From positions 192,001 to 256,000 of the forward strand of contig CAVPNL010000005.1 in NCBI GenBank assembly GCA_963706575.1: a DNA stretch of 64,000 nt, given 5' to 3'. Positions 53,363-64,000 of this stretch are shown here, piece by piece (positions within the stretch are counted from its first letter, which is position 1; every line of letters starts with the position of its first letter). Under the pieces are notes generated by a model. It searched no databases. It had not been told where the DNA came from and saw only the letters and a program-made list of their open reading frames with translations. Source of the DNA: an uncultured delta proteobacterium. GTDB taxonomy: Bacteria > Desulfobacterota > Desulfobacteria > Desulfobacterales > JAHEIW01. Both the position numbers and the translations under genes were made by a program.

Positions 53363-54082
53363 CTAAACCAGGTGTGAGACAAAATTTCTAAGCGGCCGTA
53401 ACATTCTCTTTAACGCCACCTGCCGAGAAATACCAAAGTGCGTGTTTGAGGCAACCGCAAACTCATGGTAAAGGCCGGGGTTATAAGCGACCATATAAAT
53501 GACCCGAATGTCATTCGCATCCAGCAGCATGGCCGCGGGCTGGGTCCTTTTAACAACCGCCAGCCGCTTTTGGGCGAGATCCAGCATTTCCTGACGCTCC
53601 CCGAAGTTCATGGCACCCGTCGGGCAGGTCTTGACACAGGCCGGTTGCATCCCGGCCCCAACCCGGTCATAGCACATATCGCACTTGGCCAGGGCACCGT
53701 CGGGTCCCTTACGCGGAATGTTGTACGGGCAGGATTCGATGATCTCGGCGGCATTCAGATTTTTGGTTGCGGCCGTGTAAATCACCGCCCCGGAGGGCTC
53801 ATCATAGTATATGGCTGCCGGATCGCCGGCGGTCTCAAGACAGGGCGCCTCGATGCAGTGCCGGCATTGTTCCGGAAAAAACAGCCATTTGAGTTGCCCG
53901 CCGATGACCGCCTCGTTCATCCTGACCAGCTTGTAGGTATCAAAGGAGAGATCGGCCGGATTCTGGTAAGTCCCCCGGTTGGTCGTTTCTTCTGCGGGAA
54001 GATCATGCCACGCCTTGCAGGCGACCTGACAGCCCCTGCAGGCCGTACATAATGTGGTATCAATAAAAAATGACTTACTCAT
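53363..54082 (-). CDS. fdhB: Formate dehydrogenase Fe-S beta subunit
   Basis: CTACRGCQVAC, CRHCIEAPC, CPY and CDMC...PACVKTCP motifs. Confidence 0.93.
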   Translation of the reverse strand: MSKSFFIDTTLCTACRGCQVACKAWHDLPAEETTNRGTYQNPADLSFDTYKLVRMNEAVIGGQLKWLFFPEQCRHCIEAPCLETAGDPAAIYYDEPSGAVIYTAATKNLNAAEIIESCPYNIPRKGPDGALAKCDMCYDRVGAGMQPACVKTCPTGAMNFGERQEMLDLAQKRLAVVKRTQPAAMLLDANDIRVIYMVAYNPGLYHEFAVASNTHFGISRQVALKRMLRPLRNFVSHLV

Positions 54083-54096
54083 GCGATCACCTCCTT

Positions 54097-57000
54097 CTAT
54101 ATCTTCTGTATATTGACCATAAAGGCCTTGGTTTCCGGTATGCGCGTATTGGGATCACCGGTGGACGGCGTCAGCAGATTGGCGCTTTCTTCTTTGCCGC
54201 TGGCCGGCTTTTGCCATCCATAACACCACGGAAAACCCACCTGATGCACTTCGGATCCCAGCTGGCCCGCTACCTTAAGTGGCTTAAACCGTTTGGTGAC
54301 AATCGCGGTGCACTCCAGCTGACCGCGAGCGGAGGTGGCCATCACACGTTCGCCGTTTTCGATGCCTTTGAGCTTGGCCAGTTCTTCGCTCATCTCCACA
54401 AACACCTGGGGTTGCATCTCCATCAGCCAGGGCTGATGACGGGTCATTACCCCGGTCTGCCAGTGTTCCACCACCCGATAGGTGGTGCCCACAAACGGAT
54501 AGCGCGGATCGCAGGTTTTATAAACATCGGCTTCGGTCCCATAAACCGCAGCGGTCGGATTGGTATAGGTGCCGCTCATGAGGTTTTTTTCCACCGGGCA
54601 TTCCATCGGCTCGTAGTGCTCCGGTAGAGGCCCATCGGCACGACCCGGGCCAAATATCTGCCCATGGCCGTGTTTGCGCATGATAAAGGCATGCCTGGCT
54701 TTGGGATTGGGATTGTCCAGGCTGCCCAATGGTGGCCAGCCACCATCCGGCACATCGCCTCCTGACCATTTGGCGCCATCCCATTTAATGACCCAGTCCT
54801 CCTTATCCCAGGGCTGCCCGTTGAGGTCCACCGAGGCGCGGTTGTAAATGATGCGCCGGTTGACCGGCCAGCACCAGGCAAACCCCGGATACAGACCAAT
54901 ATTATTGGATGCATCCTGGGTGCTGCGCCGCGCCGCCATATTGCCCTTTTCAGTGTAACTGTTGCAATACAGCCAGTTGGCCGAAGAGGTGGACCCGTCG
55001 GCCTGCAGAAACGCAAAGCTGGGCACCAGCGTACCCTTTTTGTAGAGTTTGTCTTTAATGGTCACATCTTTTAAGAAGTAGCCGTTGATTTCTTTGGCCA
55101 CCGCATGCGGATCATACTCACCCTTGGTCAAATAGTCCCATTTAAGGTTTTGGATGGGCTCCGCGAAGGTACCGCCGTCTTTGTACTGGGCTTTAATTTT
55201 ATTGCCCAGCTCCATGATGATCTGGCCATCGGGAAGGCTCTTGCCCAGGGGTTTGGGGCCCTGGTAGCGCCACTGGCTCCAGCGGCCGCTGTTGGTGATC
55301 GATCCTTCTTTTTCAACCGATACCGCTGCAGGCAGGAAAAATACCTCGGTTTTGATCTTGGCAGGATCCATGCCCGGTCCGCGCCAGAATGAGCCGGTTT
55401 CATTGTCAAAAATGTTGACATTGACCATCCAGTCCAGGTTCTTCATAGCGTCACGGGTTTTGCCGGCATGGGCCCCGCTGCAGGCAGGGTTCTGGCCCCA
55501 GGCAAAAAAGCCCTTGAAACTGCCCTTGTACATCTCATCAAACAGATCCAACCAGGAATAATGTTTGCCGTCATCGACTTTGGGCAGCCAATCATAGCCG
55601 TAATCATTTTTGGGAGTGGCGTTTTCGCCAAAAAACGATTTGAGCAGGCTGATGGAATACTTGGGATAATTTTGCCACCAATTGGCGGATAGCGGGTCCT
55701 TGCTTACAGGGGTTCGCGCCTGGTTGTAAGCCGCTAGTGAAAAGTTCGATGCTCGAGGGGTTGCCAGATAACCGGGCCATATGTGCCACAGCAGGCAATG
55801 GTCGGTGGAACCCTGTACATTGGACTCACCGCGCAGGGCATTGACGCCCCCGCCGGCCACGCCCATATTACCCAGCAGCAGCTGAATGATGGCCATGGTT
55901 CTGATATTCTGGGTGCCCACGGTGTGCTGGGTCCAGCCCATGGCATACATGATGGTGCCGGCCTTGCCTCTGGCACCGGTGGCGCTGTAAGTTTCGTAAA
56001 TTTTGAGCAGATCCGCCTGCGGAGTGCCGCTGATTTGAGAAACCAGCGCAACATCGTAGCGGGAAAAATGTTTCTTTAAAATCTGAAATACACAGCGTGG
56101 ATGCTTTAAACTGCGGTCCATTTTGGGGACGCCGTTGGCGTCCATCTCAAAGGCCCATTTCTTTTTGTCATATGATTTGGTCTGTTTATTATAACCGGCA
56201 AACAGACCGTCTTCAAAGTTGTAATCTTTGCCCACGATAAACGGTGCGTTGGTGTAAGCCGCTGCGTATTCTTTGTTGTAAAGCTTGTTGTCAATGATGT
56301 ATTTGATCATCCCGCCCAAGATGGCAATGTCGGTTCCCGAGCGCATGGGCGCATAAATGTCGGCCCGGGACGATGTGCGCGTAAATCGCGGGTCAACGCT
56401 GATTAGCTTGGCCCCTTTTTGCTGGGCCTCGGTGACATACTTGAAGGAAATGGGATGGTTTTCGGCAGCATTGCTGCCCATGATTAAAATACAATCACTG
56501 TTTTTGATATCAATCCAGTGATTGGTCATCGCGCCGCGTCCGAACGACTCTGCCAGAGCCGCAACAGTGGCGCTATGTCAGATACGGGCCTGGTGTTCGA
56601 TATAGACCAGCCCGGCGGCACGCATCAGGGCCTGGTAAATCCAGCACTCCTCATTGTCGAGAGCCGCAGAGCCCACCGAGGCAATACCCATGGTGCGGTT
56701 GACAATCTGGCCCTTGGCATTTCTGGCCTCAAAAGTGGCATCACGGGTGGTTTTTACTTTTTTGGCAATCTCCGTAAGGGCCCAATCCCAGGAAACTTTT
56801 TTCCATTCTTTGGCAAACGGGGCCCTGTAGAGCGGGGTGGTAATCCTCTCGCTGTTTTCGCAGAGCTGCCGCAGGGCCGCTCCTTTGGAACACAATGTTC
56901 CGCGGTTGATCACATGACCCGGATCGCCTTCGATGTTGATGACGCGCTTATCCCCCCTTTTGCTGGTATGCACAATGGCACCGCAGCCCACCGCGCAGTA

Positions 57001-57162
57001 GGGGCAGATCGTGGTGGTTTCTTTGGCATCCTGGATCTGAAGCGCTTTGGCCTGGTCCCGCGCCGGCCCAAACATGCCGCCCTTGCCGGCGCAACTGCTT
57101 AGCGCCAGACCGGCGGCCGCGGCCCCTGAGATCTGGATGAACTCCCGTCGGTTTACCCTCAT
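54097..57162 (-). CDS. fdhA: Selenocysteine-containing Mo/W formate dehydrogenase alpha subunit (FdnG-type, Tat-exported, 1021 aa)
   Basis: RREF Tat motif, CPYCAVGC, EHQARI-U-HSATV with in-frame TGA at 56578-56580, GAMTNHW and LRGESNVQG. Confidence 0.95.
56544..56562 (-). promoter_or_regulatory. SECIS hairpin of fdhA
   Basis: GCGGCTCT-GGC-AGAGTCGT starting 15 nt after the UGA. Confidence 0.75.
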
Positions 57163-57216
57163 AAGATCTCCCTCCTTTCTTCTGGTTTCCAATTAGTGTT
57201 TGTTTATATCAATTGC

Positions 57217-57420
57217 CTAGAAGTGGTTTCAAAACCCCATCTAAGGCCCAATGGCTGCGTTGCCCCGTAAGCGGGATTCGCATCTGATTTTTTGGATTAG
57301 GGTGCAGCACAGACCTCCGATAAATGCTCACATACCCAATGTATGCTGAGAACAACGACTTTCTCGATCGGCCTGCGCCTTGCCCTTGAACCTTATCTGA
57401 GGCTTTGAAACCACTTCTAG
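57217..57420. mobile_element. MITE-like element (204 bp) in the fdhA upstream region
   Basis: Perfect 17-bp terminal inverted repeat CTAGAAGTGGTTTCAAA; internal CATAC-N5-GTATG stem. Confidence 0.75.
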
Positions 57421-58059
57421 TTAGCAAATGAGCATTGAAAGCCTGAAAGAAAGCAAACAACACGTTTGCTGGTCATTTTTAATTTTAGTTTTAAACGTAG
57501 AAGGTAAAGTTGTTCCAGACAGTCTAACAGTAAAGGTACTTTTTGAGGTTCTTTAAATATGTCGTTCAGTCTAGCTGGAAACTGTCAGCGCCAAACAACT
57601 TGCTGCTTTGCCTTGGTGGTATTGCAGCAATAAAGAATGGGGATATGGGAATGTGTAGACAAGCGAGGGCAAACTCGTATCGGTGCTGTTGCCATGTAAT
57701 TCTGCGGAAAGATTGATCCCCCACAGATCCAATCCTCCGAGGAAACCTGCAAAGTATTGTGCCCCACAAACTACATATCTAATGATAAATAGGGTGTCAA
57801 GAACGAATAAGATAAATTAACCAAATAAATTCAAGCGTTAAAATGTTCCTAAAATTTTTAAATTAGAAAGTTGATCAAATAAAACGTTCAAAGTCGGGGC
57901 TTGATTTATTTTGACCGTTGATTTAAGAACCCAAAGCTTTAAGGAATTTTTTTTTTGCTTATTTATTCGATTTCAGTTAAACTACAAATTTTATGTTTTA
58001 AATAAAATTTTGACCATTTGACCGGGACAAATTTTTAAAATCCAATTAAGGAGAGCAGT

Positions 58060-59223
58060 ATGGAAAAGTATTTATTTACATCCGAATCCGTGACTGAAGG
58101 GCATCCGGATAAAGTCGCCGATGCGATATCGGATTCGATCCTGGACGCGATCATCGGTCAGGATAAAAACTGCCGGGTCGCCTGCGAGACTCTTGTTACA
58201 ACCGGGCTGGTTTTTATATCCGGTGAAATTACAACCGAATGTTATGTCGATATCCCTCAGATCGTTCGGGATACCATCCGCGACATCGGGTATTGCTCTT
58301 CCCAGATGGGGTTTGATTGCCAGACATGTTCGGTAATCACCAGTATTGATCGCCAATCTCCCGATATTGCCCAGGGCGTAAACGCCGGCGAAGGCCTATT
58401 TAAAGATCAGGGAGCCGGGGATCAGGGCCTGATGTTCGGATTTGCCACTGATGAAACCGCCGAACTGATGCCGATGCCAATTACGTATGCGCATAAACTT
58501 TGCAGCCGGTTGACTCAGGTTCGTAAAAATGGGGCGCTGGATTTTTTAAGACCCGACGGCAAGTCCCAGGTGACCGTTGAATATGAAAACGGGACTCCCA
58601 AACGGGTGGATACGGTGGTGGTATCGGCCCAGCATAAACCGGATGTGACCTATGACGATTTGAAAGAGTCAATCATCGAAGAAGTGATAAAGAAAGTGAT
58701 TCCGCCGAAGATGACCGACGGTGATACGCGCTATTTTATCAATCCCACAGGCCGGTTTGTGATCGGCGGCCCGATGGGAGACTGCGGCCTGACCGGTCGT
58801 AAAATCATTGTGGACACCTACGGTGGTCAGGGCAGTCACGGCGGCGGCTGCTTTTCCGGCAAAGATCCATCCAAGGTCGATCGCAGCGCTTCTTATATGG
58901 GAAGGTATATTGCCAAAAATATCGTTGCGGCCGGTCTATCAAAAAAATGTGAAATCCAGATCGCCTATGCCATCGGGGTGGCGCAACCCGTATCGGTAAT
59001 GGTTGATTTGATGGGCACCGGAATGGTTCCCAAAAAAAAGGTTGAGGAACTTGTCACCGAAGTGTTTGATTTGAGACCGGCGGCAATTATCGAGCATCTG
59101 GATTTGCTGCGTCCAATTTACCGCAAAACATCCGCCTATGGTCACTTTGGCCGCAACGAGCCTGAATTCTCATGGGAAAATACGGATATGGCCGAGGTCC
59201 TGAGAGAAAAAGCAGGCCTGTAG
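58060..59223 (+). CDS. metK: S-adenosylmethionine synthetase
   Basis: [17 protein letters not shown] and [16 protein letters not shown] motifs. Confidence 0.98.
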   Translation: MEKYLFTSESVTEGHPDKVADAISDSILDAIIGQDKNCRVACETLVTTGLVFISGEITTECYVDIPQIVRDTIRDIGYCSSQMGFDCQTCSVITSIDRQSPDIAQGVNAGEGLFKDQGAGDQGLMFGFATDETAELMPMPITYAHKLCSRLTQVRKNGALDFLRPDGKSQVTVEYENGTPKRVDTVVVSAQHKPDVTYDDLKESIIEEVIKKVIPPKMTDGDTRYFINPTGRFVIGGPMGDCGLTGRKIIVDTYGGQGSHGGGCFSGKDPSKVDRSASYMGRYIAKNIVAAGLSKKCEIQIAYAIGVAQPVSVMVDLMGTGMVPKKKVEELVTEVFDLRPAAIIEHLDLLRPIYRKTSAYGHFGRNEPEFSWENTDMAEVLREKAGL

Positions 59224-59393
59224 ACTTGTCATAACATTGAAAACCTGATCGTTTTGGTCAGGCGAGAGAACGTTAGCTTTTGTTCCACCATTCCATCATT
59301 CCAAGGATTACTTGGCGACAAACACTACCCCCGTTGGGGAGAAATTAAAGCCTGGCTCTTGGAGTCAGGATTCTTTATAAAGGAGAGAGATAG

Positions 59394-60653
<1,260 letters not shown>

Positions 60654-60655
60654 TA

Positions 60656-60867
60656 GGCATAGCGCATAGGGCATGGCGCAAAGCGTGTGAGATAAACTTT
60701 GAGCTTTTATACTTTTTGGTCGGCTATTAGATAAAAAATACGATATAGATATTTTTATCTTAACCCTATTAAGAAGGCTGTTCGAAATAGCAATTTCGGA
60801 CAGCCTTTTCATTTTATACCGCAATAAGAACGCTATGCGCCATGCGCCATGCCCTATGCGCTATGCG
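60656..60867. repeat. Inverted heptamer array (GCATAGC) between convergent genes
   Basis: Left arm GCATAGCGCATAGGGCATGGCGCA is an exact 24-nt reverse complement of the right arm end. Confidence 0.85.
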
Positions 60868-61745
60868 TTACTGAGGCGAGAGGACGACAACGACGCGGGA
60901 CTCTTTGAGAAACAACAGGTGATGGGATGCGCTTTTTAGTTTTGAAGCATCCGCATTGCTGATGACGATATTGCATTGACTGGGATAATCGGTTCGGAGT
61001 GCTTTTACCGTTAAGGGCTGGTCGGGAATGCGTGGGTCGGATTTAGCTGAGTCAATATCGGTGTAATATGCGGCCATGCCATGCTGGACAACAAATTCTC
61101 GACTCACAAAGGCCGGTCCGAATACTTCTTGCAGGTTTTCATCCAGAATTTTAAAGACCAGGGCAGGTTGAAGTTCGATGCTTCTGGCATCGACCAGCAA
61201 GCCGGTGTATGCGCCTGATACCGAATTTGTACTGTCACCAGTGGAATTTGCTCCCCGTTTGATTTGTTTAATGCTTTCTATCTGACGAATTTCTTCAGGC
61301 AGAACCAGCTGGGTGAACCCGCCGCGCAAATTCATCTGCAAAAGAACCTCAACGGATCCATCCGACATATATTTTCGAAATTCTTCAACTTCCGTCGCAT
61401 CATAGACCATATCTTTGATTTGAGCCATGACCGTTTTGTTTTTAGCGGCCATGTTGCCGACACTGCGTTTTGAATTAATTTTAATTCGCTTTACCGTTTC
61501 AAACAGATTTATTCTGGCCTCATTTTTCGCTTCTGATAGTGCTTTCGGGCTGTTGGGGGGTGTTTTTTCGGCTCCTTTTTTGATGGGTGCGCTGATCCCT
61601 CTGGCCTGAACAACGCCTCTGGCCCAGTCAATTGTTCCGGTGCTTTTTTTTCAACCAGCCCGATCGATTCAGCACAGAATCCGGCCGTATAAACCAGGCT
61701 CAGCAGAGCCATGGCAAAGGCGAATATGGCTTTGTGTTTGTTCAT
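60868..61745 (-). CDS. Exported hypothetical protein (LPP20-like); indel in the A run near 61650
   Basis: Signal peptide from 61745; IDWARGVVQARG and YTGLLVDAR...PAL motifs. Confidence 0.6.
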
Positions 61746-61794
61746 ATGTTCGATAAATGCTGAGATCGAAATAAATTTAAGCAATTTTAGCAAA

Positions 61795-62649
61795 CTAAGC
61801 GCGGCCCCCACTCCACTTCAGCTTATTCTTCAAGATATCAAAATATTGCCGATCCGGCAGCGTGATCAAATGAATCGGGTGTGGCCCTTTTTGTATCACA
61901 ATTTCATCCCGGTCATCTATCTCAAGCCCTTTTTGTCCGTCGAAAGTCAGGATGATATCAGAAGAACCTTTAGCCAGCCTGATTTTGATGTTTGCCGTTT
62001 CCGGGACAATTAAGGGGCGATTTGTCAGGGTGAAGGGACAGATCGGGGTTAAAATGATTCCAGGTACCGCCGGATGGATGACTGGACCACCGGCGGCCAG
62101 CGAATAGGCGGTCGAACCTGTGGGGGTTGCCACGATTAACCCGTCAGCGCTGTAAGTGGTCAGATAATGATCGTCGATATAGGTTTCAATGTGGGCCAGC
62201 CTTGCCAGGGCACCCCGGTTGATGACCACATCATTGAGTACGGCCCCGCGTGTCAGGGTTTTGTTCCGGCGCCTGACCTCGACAGAAAGCCGCATCCGCG
62301 GTCGCAGGATAAAATCGCCTTTCAAAACCTTTTCAGCGGCTTTATAAAGGTTCTCCTCTGCAATTTCCGCCAGGAAACCCACTTCCCCGAATTTGACCCC
62401 CAAGATGGGAATGTCGCGATCACCAATCCAGCGGACCGCACTTAAGAAGGTACCGTCTCCGCCTAACACAAAAATGCAATCCAAATCCGTGGGGGCCAGC
62501 AACAGGCTGGCAGCGGCATTTTTTTGCCCGGATTCTACGGGTTTTTTGCGAACAATTTCAACTTTTCTGGACCGTAACCACTTTTTAAGCGCATCGGCCT
62601 TTTTATTCGCTTTGGCATCTGATTTGACGACTAATCCGATTTTTTTCAA
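61795..62649 (-). CDS. nadK: NAD(+) kinase
   Basis: LGGDGT, VGFL, LND and [21 protein letters not shown] motifs. Confidence 0.96.
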   Translation of the reverse strand: MKKIGLVVKSDAKANKKADALKKWLRSRKVEIVRKKPVESGQKNAAASLLLAPTDLDCIFVLGGDGTFLSAVRWIGDRDIPILGVKFGEVGFLAEIAEENLYKAAEKVLKGDFILRPRMRLSVEVRRRNKTLTRGAVLNDVVINRGALARLAHIETYIDDHYLTTYSADGLIVATPTGSTAYSLAAGGPVIHPAVPGIILTPICPFTLTNRPLIVPETANIKIRLAKGSSDIILTFDGQKGLEIDDRDEIVIQKGPHPIHLITLPDRQYFDILKNKLKWSGGRA

Positions 62650-62751
62650 AGCGTTCAGTCAGCTCCTTTAGTCCGATTTTTTCTGATTACTCATACAAAT
62701 TTGATGCAAAAACAGCAAGATGTTTTTCGATGTACAAAATGCCATTTGCGC

Positions 62752-62789
62752 TTGACAGTCTTGGAACGTCTCTTGTATACAGTCTACAA
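62752..62789 (+). promoter_or_regulatory. Sigma70 promoter overlapped by a candidate GntR operator
   Basis: TTGACA at 62752; palindrome TTGTATACAGTCTACAA at 62773-62789 covering the -10 region. Confidence 0.6.
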
Positions 62790-62943
62790 TTGAATTCAAT
62801 TCAATTATTATAGCGCCAATTATAAGCCACTTGTTTTATTCATCATAACCATTTTTCGAAACCCTAGACGGCAATTTCGGCCTACCCGATTGATTTTTCG
62901 AGCGATTTGCCTTTCTTAATCCATCATTTTTAGTGGGGATCCA

Positions 62944-63639
62944 ATGAAAATTGAATCTTTAGTTGATCTGGCCAAACGGCATATTCAGCTGTGGATCATC
63001 AAGGGGGAATACCAGCCGGGTGAGCGGCTCAAAGAGGAGGAAATTTCAGCCCGTTTGGATATTAGCAGACCCCCTGTGCGGGAGGCATTAAAATTTCTGG
63101 AGGCCGAAGGTTTGGTGATACGCAAACCGCGTCGCGGTGTGTTCGTATCTGAAATGACGGCTAAAGATGTATGGGAAGCTTACACCCTTAAGGCCACACT
63201 GTATGAAATGGCAACCGATCTGGCGATGGACAATATGACCGCCCGGCAGGTTGCTGAACTGGAATCCATCGTCAAAAAAATGGAAGACTGCGTGAATACC
63301 GAACCCGTGGATTTGATTGGCTATCAGAAACACCATCAGGAATTCCATGATAAAATCATGCTGATTTCCGGCAACGAGCGTCTGAAAAAAATTTCCGCCA
63401 GCATCCACCTTCAGGTTTGTCGATTCAGCTACAAGTCATTGCAGAATAATGCGCATCTCAATTCGTCCATTCGTTATCACCGGCGAATCATTAACGCCTT
63501 GAAGGAAAAAAATAAACCATTGGCCTGTAAACTGATGAAGGGCCACGTTATGGAAGCCCTCGATGTTTTGCTTGATATTTATGATCTGAATGAAGAATCA
63601 TCCGAAGAATATGCGCTCAAAGCAGTTGCATCGGACTGA
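62944..63639 (+). CDS. GntR family (FCD domain) regulator
   Basis: PGERL.E..IS..L.ISRPPVREAL HTH; FCD histidines. Confidence 0.93.
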   Translation: MKIESLVDLAKRHIQLWIIKGEYQPGERLKEEEISARLDISRPPVREALKFLEAEGLVIRKPRRGVFVSEMTAKDVWEAYTLKATLYEMATDLAMDNMTARQVAELESIVKKMEDCVNTEPVDLIGYQKHHQEFHDKIMLISGNERLKKISASIHLQVCRFSYKSLQNNAHLNSSIRYHRRIINALKEKNKPLACKLMKGHVMEALDVLLDIYDLNEESSEEYALKAVASD

Positions 63640-63807
63640 ATCATTTAATCATAGTATCGAAAACCAAGTTTGTGGGCCCGGTCAGAGATCACTGGCTTTG
63701 CCATAAACGATAGTCATGGGGTACTGGAATAATGGAAACATCATCCCTCCGGGGGAAATCAAGCTGGGCTTTACTGGTAAATTTCACGACAGTTAAGGAG
63801 ATAGATA

Positions 63808-64000
63808 ATGACGGTATTACCTGAAGTAGAAAAACACTATGGAAAGCTCAAATTTTTTATTAATGGCAACTGGATGGATTCCGCTTCGGACCAGATTTAT
63901 GAAGACGTTAATCCGGCAACGGGTGAGGCGATTGCAGAGTTTCCTTCAGCCACCGACAGCGAAATCGAGCAGGCCATCCAAACCGCTCAGGCCGCGCTTG
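63808..64000 (+). CDS. Aldehyde dehydrogenase family protein, N-terminal part only
   Basis: RBS AAGGAG; MTVLPEVEKHYGKLKFFINGNW...NPATGEAIA; open to the window edge. Confidence 0.85.
   Translation, partial: MTVLPEVEKHYGKLKFFINGNWMDSASDQIYEDVNPATGEAIAEFPSATDSEIEQAIQTAQAAL

Noticed and set aside
57209..57463. 84-aa ORF spanning the MITE as a transposase
   Set aside because: No DDE or HUH motifs and too short
57780..58059. SahR operator or SAM riboswitch upstream of metK
   Set aside because: AT-rich; the TCAAGC/GCTTGA halves are too far apart for a compact operator

Overview
Gene-dense chromosomal segment of an anaerobe, most likely a Desulfobacterales-like deltaproteobacterium (inferred from gene content, selenoproteins and gene order). 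About 20 genes carry single-base indels, mostly in short homopolymers. This points to uncorrected long-read assembly errors rather than pseudogenes, so split ORFs were rejoined by hand. Contents in order: a RimK/RimB-like protease/M14 peptidase operon; a 2-hydroxyacyl-CoA dehydratase pair with MarR, facing a very divergent class I HMG-CoA-reductase-fold protein and a serine hydrolase; an SDR, a TRAP transporter and an acyl-CoA synthetase; a 2-hydroxyacid catabolic island (lutABC, larA, FAD dehydrogenase, beta-hydroxyacid dehydrogenase, MtaA-like methyltransferase, corrinoid protein, transhydrogenase, glcDF); a truncated type IV TA pair; a dpp ABC transporter; an F1-less Na+-type Fo operon; an exported thiol-redox cluster with an unannotated UxxC selenoprotein; a Sec formate dehydrogenase; metK-ahcY; NAD kinase; gntR; and a partial ALDH. 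Top candidates for novelty: (1) the HMGR-fold protein, which has lost the canonical catalytic and NADPH motifs and gained a zinc ribbon; (2) a four-hairpin c subunit with one ion-binding Glu, next to a normal Na+ c subunit; (3) the hidden periplasmic selenoprotein; (4) nested inverted 7-9-mer arrays filling many intergenic spacers. All family calls come from motif recognition by eye; no searches were run.
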